Shown here: piece by piece, positions 20,087-29,549 of the stretch | Layout of the letters: the number at the start of each line of letters is the position of its first letter | Numbering within the stretch: the stretch's first letter is position 1 | Origin: an uncultured Nitrososphaerota archaeon | GTDB lineage: Archaea; Asgardarchaeota; Njordarchaeia; Njordarchaeales; Njordarchaeaceae | Assembly: GCA_964518475.1 (NCBI GenBank) | Contig: CAZFGR010000001.1 | Span: 288,001-352,000, forward strand | Length of the DNA: 64,000 nucleotides | Direction of reading: 5' to 3' | Notes under the pieces: generated by a model | What the model saw: only the letters and a program-made list of their open reading frames with translations | Database searches by the model: none | What the model was told of the DNA's origin: nothing | Program-made: the position numbers and the translations under genes

Positions 20087-20497
20087 ATGGTCTTATTTTA
20101 TGTGAGAAGGGAATTTCTTGATGCCTTGATTAAGGGAGAGAAAAAGGCAGAATTGCGCGTGGGAGAAAGCTGGATAAAAGTTGCTGAAAAAATTAGAACT
20201 GGAAGATTAAAACCTATAGCTATATTTAAGTGGAGAAATAGAGTTGTGGTAAGAGAGATTTACGATATCAAAGTTTACCCAAGTATTAGAAAAGCTCTAG
20301 CTAACGGCCGTTGGAGATTACTCGGCTTAAAAGCTAAAACATACCCAGAAGCCATCGATGAAGTTAGAAAATTGTATCACAAGGGTGCTAAAGGACATGC
20401 TGTCATGTTTTTTCTCCGAAAACCTAAGAGTTTCTCTAGAGAAGACGCTTTAGCCCTAGTGAAGCAAGTTGATGAAAATGCAGAATTAGAGAATTGA
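20087..20497 (+). CDS. ASCH/PUA-domain protein
   Basis: FLDALIKGEKKAELRV (GxKxxExR motif). Confidence 0.8.
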   Translation: MVLFYVRREFLDALIKGEKKAELRVGESWIKVAEKIRTGRLKPIAIFKWRNRVVVREIYDIKVYPSIRKALANGRWRLLGLKAKTYPEAIDEVRKLYHKGAKGHAVMFFLRKPKSFSREDALALVKQVDENAELEN

Positions 20498-20531
20498 AGT
20501 TAGTGATCTTTTATGCCATTCTCATTTCATA

Positions 20532-20589
20532 TCCGAGTGGTGCACGTTCAGCATCCGCGAAACGCGTCAGTGCAGGTTAGTCTCTTCAT
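20532..20589 (-). ncRNA. Box C/D sRNA C (16S helix 34, guide order swapped)
   Basis: ATGAAGA-GACTAACCTGCA-CTGA-CGCGTTTCGCGG(hairpin)-ATGCTGA-ACGTGCACCACT-CGGA; 12-nt guides. Confidence 0.75.
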
Positions 20590-20910
20590 CTAGCACCCAA
20601 ATTTTTGCTTAGAAAAAAGTCACTTAGTTTTTAAAAATTCTTCTCAATTTCTTGAGGAAACTTAATCCCATTGGATACACTACATGATAGGAGATACGGA
20701 GTAGTTCGTCTGAGACACGCTTTTATATGAAAGTCATACCATATGATAATAGTTAACTAATTTCTTAATAAAGATATTAGTAAGGATTAAGCTCACCTAA
20801 GCAATGTGTTTTACTAATAGCTATAGTAGGCAACTCATCGATCTAGTAGGCTTGACTCTTAGTTTTTAGCTAATATTATCGCTTAGAAAAACTCCGCTGG
20901 GGGATGTATT

Positions 20911-22041
20911 ATGAGCACTATTGATCTATTATCACGAATAAAACCTGTTACTCCTGGTCAGCAGAAATTAATAAATGCCTTGCTGGATAGAGAAAAAGAA
21001 ATAGTAGGCGTTTTTGGACCAACGGGAACGGGAAAATCATTGCTTACCGTTGCTTATGCATTAACTAAGGTTTCAAAGGGGGAATTTGAGAAATTCGTAC
21101 TATGTAGGCCAATGGTTGATGTAGTTACTAAAAAGGAACTAAGCACTGCAGAAATTGGTGAGCAATTTATACTATTGGCAAAACAGTACTTGCATGATAT
21201 TCTCTCTGGATACATTGACTTAAGAGCTATTGATGAACTAATTAACAGTGGAAAATTAGTTATCGCTGATCCCCACTTTTTACGAGGTAGAACCTTTGAT
21301 AACGCGGTAATATTCCTTGACGACTCACAAAATATGCCACCAGAAAGCGCTGGGGAATTGTTAATGAGAATGGGTACTAATAGCAAATTTGTAGTAGCGG
21401 GTGATCCCGTTCTCCAGAAGGATCTACCTCTTGAACGCGATGGAGCTACTATTATGCGAGAGGCATTATTAGGTGAGAAAGATGCTACTGTTATTGATCT
21501 TGGACTTAAAGATATTGTTAGACCGGGAGCAAGAAGAGGAGCAAGAATTCTTCTAGAAATAAGGATGCGTAAAAGAGTACTATCGGAAAAAGAAAAGGAG
21601 ATTCTTGAGGTAATATATTCTCACGCTCCCGATGCTGATGTTTTGACTGTTGTGGATATACGCGACTTAAAAGAGAAATACGGTATTCCTGCGGAGCTGC
21701 CAGATGTTTTAGCTATTAGTAAAGCAGGTATGGTTGGTAGATTGATAGGAAAGGGTGGTGAAAAAATATCCCGAATTGAAGAAGAAGTAGGTCTTCACAT
21801 TAGAGCAGTAGAGGTCGGATTAGACTTTAGGCCATTACTCCTAGCGATTCATCCATTGAGACCTAAAGTTGAAAGAGGAATCGAGGATATAGATTTAGCG
21901 GGTCCAAGCTTACTGATCCGTATTCAAGAAAGAATTGCTGGACCGTATTTCGGTCCTAAAGGTGTTCATATTAGATTCGTGAATGATGTTTTCCAGCGGA
22001 TATTAGGTATTGGTGTACGAACAGAAGTAGTTAGCAGATAA
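20911..22041 (+). CDS. PhoH-like ATPase with C-terminal KH domains
   Basis: GPTGTGKS, FLRGRTFD, DDSQN, AGDP.Q.D, GRLIGKGGEKI. Confidence 0.88.
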   Translation: MSTIDLLSRIKPVTPGQQKLINALLDREKEIVGVFGPTGTGKSLLTVAYALTKVSKGEFEKFVLCRPMVDVVTKKELSTAEIGEQFILLAKQYLHDILSGYIDLRAIDELINSGKLVIADPHFLRGRTFDNAVIFLDDSQNMPPESAGELLMRMGTNSKFVVAGDPVLQKDLPLERDGATIMREALLGEKDATVIDLGLKDIVRPGARRGARILLEIRMRKRVLSEKEKEILEVIYSHAPDADVLTVVDIRDLKEKYGIPAELPDVLAISKAGMVGRLIGKGGEKISRIEEEVGLHIRAVEVGLDFRPLLLAIHPLRPKVERGIEDIDLAGPSLLIRIQERIAGPYFGPKGVHIRFVNDVFQRILGIGVRTEVVSR

Positions 22042-22127
22042 TGAAATAAATACTAAAGATTTCACATTATCTACTGCTAAACAATGTTTTTTAACAGTTT
22101 TTAGAAATTGAGATATATTGATACGAA

Positions 22128-22170
22128 CTCCATCCTCATTCCCCTTACTAATACGTGATGGATGGAGGGG
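22128..22170 (+). promoter_or_regulatory. Hairpin overlapping the SD of the downstream micro-ORF
   Basis: CTCCATCC (22128-35) complementary to GGATGGAG (22160-67), extended by TCA/TGA. Confidence 0.45.
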
Positions 22171-22175
22171 GTATT

Positions 22176-22271
22176 ATGGGCAAATTATCTAATCTAAAAC
22201 GCCAAAGAAAACGCAGGAAAAAGAAAAAGCGTAAAAAACTTAAAAGAAAACTAAAACGGCGTAAAAGATAA
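22176..22271 (+). CDS. 31-aa ultra-basic micro-protein, probable eS32(eL41)/bS22-type ribosomal protein (not in ORF track)
   Basis: MGKLSNLKRQRKRRKKKKRKKLKRKLKRRKR*, strong GGAGGGGG SD. Confidence 0.75.
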   Translation: MGKLSNLKRQRKRRKKKKRKKLKRKLKRRKR

Positions 22272-22285
22272 GTCGTTAAAAAATT

Positions 22286-23503
22286 TTATTTCCTTCCTCC
22301 TTCCTTTAAATAGACCTCAATTGCTGCCCTAACCCCCGACTCCTTTACTGGAAAATCAAATTCTTTAAGAACGAGTTCAGCTATTCCCAGAACGGTTAGA
22401 ACCTCTCTTTCTGCTATTAAGTTCATATGAGAAACCCTGAATATCTTACCTTTCAGATGTGCTTGGCCACCAGCAACGAGAATTCCATGTTCTCTCATTC
22501 TAGATCTAAATTCCTTATCTGATATTCCGGGCGGATACTTTACTGCTGTTAGGGTATTACTCTCAAAACCTTTTTCTGGAAATAGTTCTAAACCTAAAGC
22601 CTCAAATCCCGCTCGTGTCATTTTTGCCATTAGTCTGTGTCTCTTTATCCTATTTTCAAGTCCTTCTTCGTGGATTATTCTTAATGATTCGTAAAGAGCA
22701 TAAAAGAGCGATACTGCGCCTGTAAATGGTAAATCTCCTTGTTTTTTCCATGTATCCCAATAACGCTTCAAATCTAGGTAGTACGCTAACCTGCCATTAT
22801 TCTTCTCTAACTCGTCTATAAGTTCTTCCCGAATAGCAACGAAGGCAAGACCAGGAGGTATACCAATGCATTTCTGAGAACCAGCAACTACGACATCTAA
22901 TCCCCATTCATCCATCTTAACATAATCGCCGCCTACAGAGGTTATTCCGTCAACAATTAATAACGCTCCATAATCTTTTACGACCTTAGCGATCTCTGGA
23001 GCTGGTTGCAAAACGCCCGTAGAAGTCTCGTTATGAGTCATTGTTACTACTTTAGCGTCTGGGTTACTCTTAAGCGCTTTTTCTACAATATCCGGTTTGA
23101 TAGCACGTCCCCACTCGACGTTAACTTCAATAACCTTCGCTCCCGCTGTTTTTGCTATTTCGGCAAATCTTTTACTAAATTTGCCTGCAATCAATGATAC
23201 TACTTTATCTCCTGGTTTAACAAAGGATCTAATAGCCGCATCCATTCCCGCTGTGCCACTACCCGTTAGCATAAATACTGGACCTTTTGTTCCGAAAAGA
23301 GGCTTCAACATTTTTTCAATCTCTTCTAGCAATGATCTAAACTCGGATGTTCGGTGACCATAAATTGGTTTTGCCAAAGCTCTTAAAACTCTAGGATGTA
23401 CGGGCACAGGTCCAGGAATCATCAAAAGAGTATTTTCTTCATCATAAATGCGAAACTCGCTCAAATTAATCGCCTGCAAATCATTTTTTAGATTCTTAAT
23501 CAT
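22286..23503 (-). CDS. Class V PLP aminotransferase (serine-pyruvate/phosphoserine type)
   Basis: LLMIPGP, GHR, GSGTAGM, HNETSTGV, DGITS, GSQKC, FRVSHM. Confidence 0.92.
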   Translation of the reverse strand: MIKNLKNDLQAINLSEFRIYDEENTLLMIPGPVPVHPRVLRALAKPIYGHRTSEFRSLLEEIEKMLKPLFGTKGPVFMLTGSGTAGMDAAIRSFVKPGDKVVSLIAGKFSKRFAEIAKTAGAKVIEVNVEWGRAIKPDIVEKALKSNPDAKVVTMTHNETSTGVLQPAPEIAKVVKDYGALLIVDGITSVGGDYVKMDEWGLDVVVAGSQKCIGIPPGLAFVAIREELIDELEKNNGRLAYYLDLKRYWDTWKKQGDLPFTGAVSLFYALYESLRIIHEEGLENRIKRHRLMAKMTRAGFEALGLELFPEKGFESNTLTAVKYPPGISDKEFRSRMREHGILVAGGQAHLKGKIFRVSHMNLIAEREVLTVLGIAELVLKEFDFPVKESGVRAAIEVYLKEGGRK

Positions 23504-23554
23504 TATTTTTCAATAACTGTATCTTGCTTAATGATAGAATACTATATACAGCAC

Positions 23555-25372
23555 CTAAGTGACTTCTTCCTTTATCTCTGCCTTTAATGCTTCGCATAAT
23601 CTATCACCAGCTTTTACGAGATTCAATAACACATGTTCGGACTCTGCTCCGAGAATTGAAAATCTCATCTGTAACTTGACTATTTGTTGCATAATTTGTC
23701 GGGAAGTTTCTTTCATCTTTCGAAGCGATTCACTCCTCAACATTAAAAGGGGTTTTACATCCTTCTTTCTGATTTTTTCAGTTGTGTGCATGATTAGTGA
23801 TGCATTAGCAATAGGATTATTATGAGGTAATAAGCCCAGACAGAGACATATACCATTTAAACATCTCGTAAAACCTTCAAGTATTTCAGGAAGGTCATCC
23901 ATGGAAAGAGTTCGTTTCGAAAGAGCTTGTTTAAAGATTTCCCGAGCAATGAGTAATTCCTCGCGAGCTATTATGAGAAGATCTTTTTTCTTAATGTTTT
24001 TATTCATTAAGACTTTTCCTAGCCTGTTTCCAAAGAATTCTTTAATAAATATATTCATTAGATTATCAACAATGTTTTTTTCTATCTTAACTTCGTGTTT
24101 AATAAACCAATATTTACATAAATACTTAGCGAGATCAGTTATCGTTGAGTATAAATCATTGGTTAGTGAAGATATTACTGACCTCGGAACAGTAAGACCT
24201 AGTTCTAACACCTTCCTAAAATACCTATTCAGCAGTAATTGTCCAAGCACTTCTCTCGACAATAATGCGTATTTCCCACTACCAACTTCTATCAATACTT
24301 TATCCTTAGGATTAATTAACAATTCAAACCGTTCCGCTATATCGCCCTTGGGGTAATAAATATTAAGATACAAAGGAACTTGAGCTACTACCTCTGTTTT
24401 TGATAATATTGTTTCCGATTTCAAGTCCTCAATGATATAATCAGTGATCTTAGCGGCCACGTCAAGAGATGCACCCGACGTTAAAATTGATAAGAATATT
24501 TTTTCCGGCAAGAATCTCTCGAGTTTACCTTTTCGATCCACGATAATTCTATCGCTTATAGATCTAATTCTCTTCAAAAAGTCTTGGAAAGGTCCTTTGC
24601 TGTTAAGGAAACGTATACTCTCTAATTCTCCCATTATTTCAAAAATGATTCTAGAAAGTTTTAGCCCTTTGTCCGTCAGAGCAATTTTTCTTTCCCTAAT
24701 TTTCAAAAATCCTAATTGCTCTAATTTTCTTAGAGATTCAATGCCTTTTTGCGACGGAATATCAAAGAACCGCATTAGAAGATTTAGTATTCCTTCTAAA
24801 TCTCTTCTCAGATTACTAATTAGTAGTACTTTAATGGGCGTATCTTCTTTTAGAATAGCACATAAATCTTTCACGGAATTGACTAGCATCTTGCACTTAG
24901 AAAACAATCTCTCAGTTTCCTTTTTCGAGGCATCATAACCAACGAGTTCTGCTATCAGATTTTTTGCCCTTCCAGATAATAATACCGAGTCATGTCTCTC
25001 TCTAAGCAAATTAAGCAGTTTTATTAATTTTTTTACATAGCGATTAATTATCTTGATTATAAAGATTTCATTCAATGGTTTACTTTTAACAGCATCTTCA
25101 TACGATAACTTACTAAAAAGAATTTTCGTAACTTTCATATTTTTTCTTTTAAACCACTCTTTAACAATAGAATCGACTTTCTTGATGGTCTCTTCAAAAT
25201 TGTCTCCTACCGGCATAACTATAATGTATAGGAGAAGATCAGTGTCAATGTAATGCTTGAACTTACCTCCAGTAACGTTTCTTAGAAAATCTTCCAATTC
25301 GTTGATATTTGCCATCGCATCTTCTTTTATGTCCTCTAATGAATACACAATGACATAATTATCTTCCTGCAT
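23555..25372 (-). CDS. Multidomain protein: ACT/ferredoxin-like + wHTH + tandem ATP-cone + HEPN-like
   Basis: LRKLEQLGFLKI..KIALTDKG (wHTH wing); IIVDRKGKLERFLPEKIFLSILTSG (ATP cone). Confidence 0.6.
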   Translation of the reverse strand: MQEDNYVIVYSLEDIKEDAMANINELEDFLRNVTGGKFKHYIDTDLLLYIIVMPVGDNFEETIKKVDSIVKEWFKRKNMKVTKILFSKLSYEDAVKSKPLNEIFIIKIINRYVKKLIKLLNLLRERHDSVLLSGRAKNLIAELVGYDASKKETERLFSKCKMLVNSVKDLCAILKEDTPIKVLLISNLRRDLEGILNLLMRFFDIPSQKGIESLRKLEQLGFLKIRERKIALTDKGLKLSRIIFEIMGELESIRFLNSKGPFQDFLKRIRSISDRIIVDRKGKLERFLPEKIFLSILTSGASLDVAAKITDYIIEDLKSETILSKTEVVAQVPLYLNIYYPKGDIAERFELLINPKDKVLIEVGSGKYALLSREVLGQLLLNRYFRKVLELGLTVPRSVISSLTNDLYSTITDLAKYLCKYWFIKHEVKIEKNIVDNLMNIFIKEFFGNRLGKVLMNKNIKKKDLLIIAREELLIAREIFKQALSKRTLSMDDLPEILEGFTRCLNGICLCLGLLPHNNPIANASLIMHTTEKIRKKDVKPLLMLRSESLRKMKETSRQIMQQIVKLQMRFSILGAESEHVLLNLVKAGDRLCEALKAEIKEEVT

Positions 25373-25415
25373 TTTCCTTTCATCCCTTAAGATCGGATTC
25401 TAAAGCTGCATAATT

Positions 25416-26315
25416 TTATGAAAATACTATGAGGTATTCATCTTCGTAAAATCTATCTATGTACACTTTTCCGCGTACTTTCAGAATTCTTCGCTGAGAA
25501 AGCATCTTACTGAGAATATTGTTTAATTTTTCAACATTTTGAGAACCTCTGAGCAGATCCATTGGGAAATTGACAAACAACGGTCTAATAGGCATGATAT
25601 GCCTAGTTGTCTTTGGCGGGAAAATTCTACGTCTCACAGCATTACAAACAACATCATCCTTAGTTACTTGAGGAGTAATTATAACGCACGTTTCTCTTTG
25701 TTTCACCGCCTGCTTAATTTCTTTTAAAATCTCATCAGATCTATAAGAAATCGCAACTCCTAACTCTCTATTAAGAAAAATTTCTAAATCCTTTATCAGT
25801 TTATAAAAGAGAAAGACGTCGTTTTTATCAGAGTAAGCTCCTAATACTTCGTTTTCCCTCCCAATATATAGTCCAAAAGCCGCTTTATGTTTCCTTAAAT
25901 CTTGTTCTAACATCTCAATAGAGACTTTCTCTAGTGAAATTTCTGAGACTTGCTTTTTCTCAAGGAAATTAATGATTTTGATTAGTTCTCTTTCTCTAAG
26001 TTTCCCCTCTATAACTCTGTGCCACCTTCCTATTTTAATTGCTGAATGATTATAGTCTACTAGACATGCCACAATGTAATTATATCCTAAAAGTCTAAGC
26101 GCTTGATATCGATGCATACCATCTAGTATTACATTGGAATTCTTATCTACAATAATAGGATGCTTGAAAACATTAGACTCTGTTAAGGAAATTATCAATT
26201 TATCAAGAAACTCTTGCACAATTTCCTCATGAATATAGAGCGCTCTTAGAGGCACAACTGCTAGCGCGGCTTCAAAAGGGTTTGCATCATCGCCTAAATG
26301 TACGGTTTTGAACAT
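25416..26315 (-). CDS. serK: ParB-fold free-serine kinase (SerK-like)
   Basis: IHEE, PIIVD..ILDGMHRY, LVDY...GRW, TKDDV...IFPPKTTRH. Confidence 0.78.
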   Translation of the reverse strand: MFKTVHLGDDANPFEAALAVVPLRALYIHEEIVQEFLDKLIISLTESNVFKHPIIVDKNSNVILDGMHRYQALRLLGYNYIVACLVDYNHSAIKIGRWHRVIEGKLRERELIKIINFLEKKQVSEISLEKVSIEMLEQDLRKHKAAFGLYIGRENEVLGAYSDKNDVFLFYKLIKDLEIFLNRELGVAISYRSDEILKEIKQAVKQRETCVIITPQVTKDDVVCNAVRRRIFPPKTTRHIMPIRPLFVNFPMDLLRGSQNVEKLNNILSKMLSQRRILKVRGKVYIDRFYEDEYLIVFS

Positions 26316-26487
26316 GCTAGAGACCTATTACTACTATTTAGTAGGCAGAAGGATTTTTGGGGAAAATGCTGAGTAATGACAATCCTAAAAAGATTTTATG
26401 GAAAAAACTAAGTTACTAATATGCATGATATTATATCACGAAAGATACATCCTCCATTAATTATTGGTACAGTTTTGAAGCTATTCC

Positions 26488-26961
26488 CTATGTTAAAAAT
26501 ATGATTCCACTTATGTAATTTGCTAATTTTTGTGCAAACAAAATATAGGTTAGCGCCAGAAAGCCAAATAACAGTAATGCAAAGCCAAATGCAAGATAGA
26601 GCCCCTGATACTCTACGTCAGTGAAGTGTTCTACCGAGCTTCTAATAATGAATGCTCCCAGAACACTCATCAAAGTCAGAGCTATCACTATTATTCCTTC
26701 ACTTAGCGTTTGTCGATTTAAATCTGGGATTATTAACTTGGGTACGCGTGGACCAATGATCGCTGGAGGGAGGTTAACAGCTATGTATATTATTCCACTA
26801 GCTAACACTGCACACGTTATAGCTAAAATTAGGAAAAGGATCCTACGGTTTCCTTCCTCTGCGAGATCGATCTCAGGCAATTCTAATTTATACTTTGGTC
26901 TATAGAAACCGGGTAACCAGGGAATCTTTATTTTCCGTTTCACCTTAACCAAGTTACCCAC
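26488..26961 (-). CDS. OSTC/DC2-like (OST3/OST6 family) 3-TM oligosaccharyltransferase subunit
   Basis: SGIIY..V..PP, NRQTLSEG, LGAFII..S, FGF..LLF, KLANY matching remembered DC2 motifs. Confidence 0.75.
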   Translation of the reverse strand: MGNLVKVKRKIKIPWLPGFYRPKYKLELPEIDLAEEGNRRILFLILAITCAVLASGIIYIAVNLPPAIIGPRVPKLIIPDLNRQTLSEGIIVIALTLMSVLGAFIIRSSVEHFTDVEYQGLYLAFGFALLLFGFLALTYILFAQKLANYISGIIFLT

Positions 26962-26965
26962 CTTT

Positions 26966-27898
26966 TTATTGTTCTCTTAATAAGTCTATTACGGTTTTAA
27001 TAACTACTTCCGCAGCTCTTTCTTGCGCCTCTTTTGTCTGCGCACCTATGTGAGGTGTTAAAATAACGTTTGAGAAACCAAGTAGCTTCCTGACGAAAGG
27101 ATTTTCTGGTTTAAGATTTGTATCAGCAGCTAGTCCTCTTATTTTGCCGGATTCAAGACCCCAAATTATTGCTTCAGGATCAAACAATTCCATTCTTGCC
27201 GTATTTATTAGCAATACTCCATCTTTCATTTTTCTTACTTCATCCCAACTTATCATATGCTTAGTCTCTGGTAGTAAAGGAACATGAATAGATATTATGT
27301 CAGAGCTCTCTAGAAGGTTTTCCATTGACACAAAATTAACATTAGCCCCTACCATTTTAGTCATTCTTTTAGCATTCTCTAGAAATTTATCATATCCAAT
27401 AACATTCATTCCTAAGGCATTAGCTATTCTAGCAACCCTACTACCTATGTTTCCCACTCCTATGATACCAAGAGTTTTGCCATGTAACTCTGTTCCCGTA
27501 CAGAAATTTTTTGCCCAAAAACCTCGTCTTAGAGCTTCGTCTCCGAAAATAATTTTCCTAGCTAACGCGATCATTAGTCCTATTGTTAGCTCGGCCACGG
27601 AGTCTGCTGTGGCTGCTCCCGCGTTAATAACCTTTATTCCCCGCGCTTTAGCAGTTTCAACATCTATGTTGTCTAATCCAACACCAACTCTTGCAATAAC
27701 TCTTAGTTTTGCCCCCCTCTCTATTACATCCTTAGTAACCTTTGTTCGCCCTCTTACAAGAACCGCGTCGTATTTATCAATTATTTTCATTAACTCTTCA
27801 TGAGATATATCGGGGCGGTAATCATACATAATTCCAGCTTCCTCTAATAGCTTCAGACCTTTCTCTGATATGGGATCTGTGATAAGGATCTTTATCAT
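26966..27898 (-). CDS. serA: D-3-phosphoglycerate dehydrogenase-like (start at ATG 27898)
   Basis: MIKILITDP, ARVGVGLDNID, GIIGVGNIG, INTAR, TPHIGAQTKEAQ; GGTGA SD. Confidence 0.85.
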   Translation of the reverse strand: MIKILITDPISEKGLKLLEEAGIMYDYRPDISHEELMKIIDKYDAVLVRGRTKVTKDVIERGAKLRVIARVGVGLDNIDVETAKARGIKVINAGAATADSVAELTIGLMIALARKIIFGDEALRRGFWAKNFCTGTELHGKTLGIIGVGNIGSRVARIANALGMNVIGYDKFLENAKRMTKMVGANVNFVSMENLLESSDIISIHVPLLPETKHMISWDEVRKMKDGVLLINTARMELFDPEAIIWGLESGKIRGLAADTNLKPENPFVRKLLGFSNVILTPHIGAQTKEAQERAAEVVIKTVIDLLREQ

Positions 27899-27911
27899 AC
27901 AATTCACCAAG

Positions 27912-29549
27912 TTATACAAATAGTTCGGATACATCTTCCCGCGCTTTTTCTTCGACCTTGGGATACATTGATTCAATTTTTATTGATAATTTCTCATACA
28001 TGACTAAAAAATCTTGTCCACCATGACTCGCTAACACTTTTCTTGTTTTTTCCGTTAATCTTGGTGCTGTGAAGAAGAGAAGCCTGTGGATATAATAAAA
28101 GAATATGTTCCGTAACCACTCGTTTTTACCCCAACCATTCTTCTCCAGATATTCGCATGTTTCAACAAAGTCTTTCATTAAGTGATTTAATAATTTAATA
28201 ATGTCTCTCAGCCGTTCTTCATTAATTTTCGAAATATCCTCTATTTCTAGTATTGGTAAAATAGTTTCAAGAATAAATGGTACAGGCTCGCCCATTAGTA
28301 GGCGAATTCCAATAAGTGCTAAAGGATCCCTTCTCGCATGCTCGAAAAGTATCCTAAAAACTTCAGGTTTTCTAATAATGCTAGTTCTCAACATCACCTT
28401 TGCCTCGAAGTTCCAGTTAGCTATTTCTTCTAAAGCGTCTTGTGAGATAAGCATAGTTGATCTAGGAGATAACCTATCATGAATAGATAGTGGCGGCGGG
28501 GTCAACGGAATAGCTAATAATATTATATCCGGTGAAACTTTTAGAGAAATCATGCTAGTCGTCCCAAAAATTTTCAGAGCATTCTTTAAGTAAAGATTCC
28601 CCACTCCCCTCAGAACTTCCAGCACACCTTTTATGTCATTCTTTTCAATTAGTGCATAAATTCTCGCTACTTCCTGTAGAAGAACTTCTCCGAGATCAAC
28701 GCTTTCTTCAACAATATCTATTTTATTTAGCCCTTTTTTAAGCATCTCGACAATTTTTTCTATATCTTCGCCCTTTGATTCATCATTTTTCAAGATAACA
28801 ACCCTAGATAACGCTTCAAAAAGAGTGGGCAGCATCAAAAGAACTAATTTCTTATTCATTCGGTCATAATTATCTATTCCCATAAGAATATTGCCCAGCG
28901 TATCACTTAGTGTCTTTCCTTTCTCCAATAGAGGCCGTATTCTCTCTGCCAACTCTTTTCTATTCTTCTTATCCATGTAGCTTAGAGTTTTCTCGAGAGC
29001 CTTTGCATGAATAGACAACGCTAAGTCAAATAATTCTTTCATGTTGATTTTTTCTAGTAATTCGTAAAGTTCCTTATCATCTACTGCTCTTAGTAAAATG
29101 TTAAAAGCTTCTTCTTCAAACTCCCCTCTTTCTATAAGTTGTTGAAGTATTTTTGGCCCGCCTCCTTTCCACACTACATATAGTGTAATCAGAAGAAAAT
29201 AGATCGATAACCATTCAATAGTGATTGCTTTTGCATAAATAGGTAATTCTAGGGCGAAGAGACTTTTAACGATCTCTTTGGTTTCAGCAAGCCATGCTGC
29301 CACTAGATCTTTTGGGACGGTTATTTTTTCCTTCTCGCTCTTTAGTAACGGCTTAAACCTTGCGACAACGAGTTTTAATACTTTTTCCTTAACGTTCTGG
29401 AGCTCCTGGAATTTATCAATACTTAGATTGATTATCTCATTGACATTATTGTCCAAGAATTCTGTTAGTAGCTTTAAGTCCTGAATAGTAGTTATTGTTG
29501 GGTAGAGCAAGTACTTGAGAGAGATTATAATTTCATTATCTATTTTCAA
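27912..29549 (-). CDS. Large all-helical hypothetical protein (likely TTG start 29549)
   Basis: Long ORF; GAGGTGA SD upstream of TTG; no motif recognised. Confidence 0.7.
   Translation of the reverse strand: MKIDNEIIISLKYLLYPTITTIQDLKLLTEFLDNNVNEIINLSIDKFQELQNVKEKVLKLVVARFKPLLKSEKEKITVPKDLVAAWLAETKEIVKSLFALELPIYAKAITIEWLSIYFLLITLYVVWKGGGPKILQQLIERGEFEEEAFNILLRAVDDKELYELLEKINMKELFDLALSIHAKALEKTLSYMDKKNRKELAERIRPLLEKGKTLSDTLGNILMGIDNYDRMNKKLVLLMLPTLFEALSRVVILKNDESKGEDIEKIVEMLKKGLNKIDIVEESVDLGEVLLQEVARIYALIEKNDIKGVLEVLRGVGNLYLKNALKIFGTTSMISLKVSPDIILLAIPLTPPPLSIHDRLSPRSTMLISQDALEEIANWNFEAKVMLRTSIIRKPEVFRILFEHARRDPLALIGIRLLMGEPVPFILETILPILEIEDISKINEERLRDIIKLLNHLMKDFVETCEYLEKNGWGKNEWLRNIFFYYIHRLLFFTAPRLTEKTRKVLASHGGQDFLVMYEKLSIKIESMYPKVEEKAREDVSELFV

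Noticed and set aside
18762-20589. Recurring GGTGGTGCAC / CTACGGCA motifs as CRISPR repeats or MITE ends
   Set aside because: No regular repeat-spacer periodicity, no cas or transposase genes; explained as shared C/D guides
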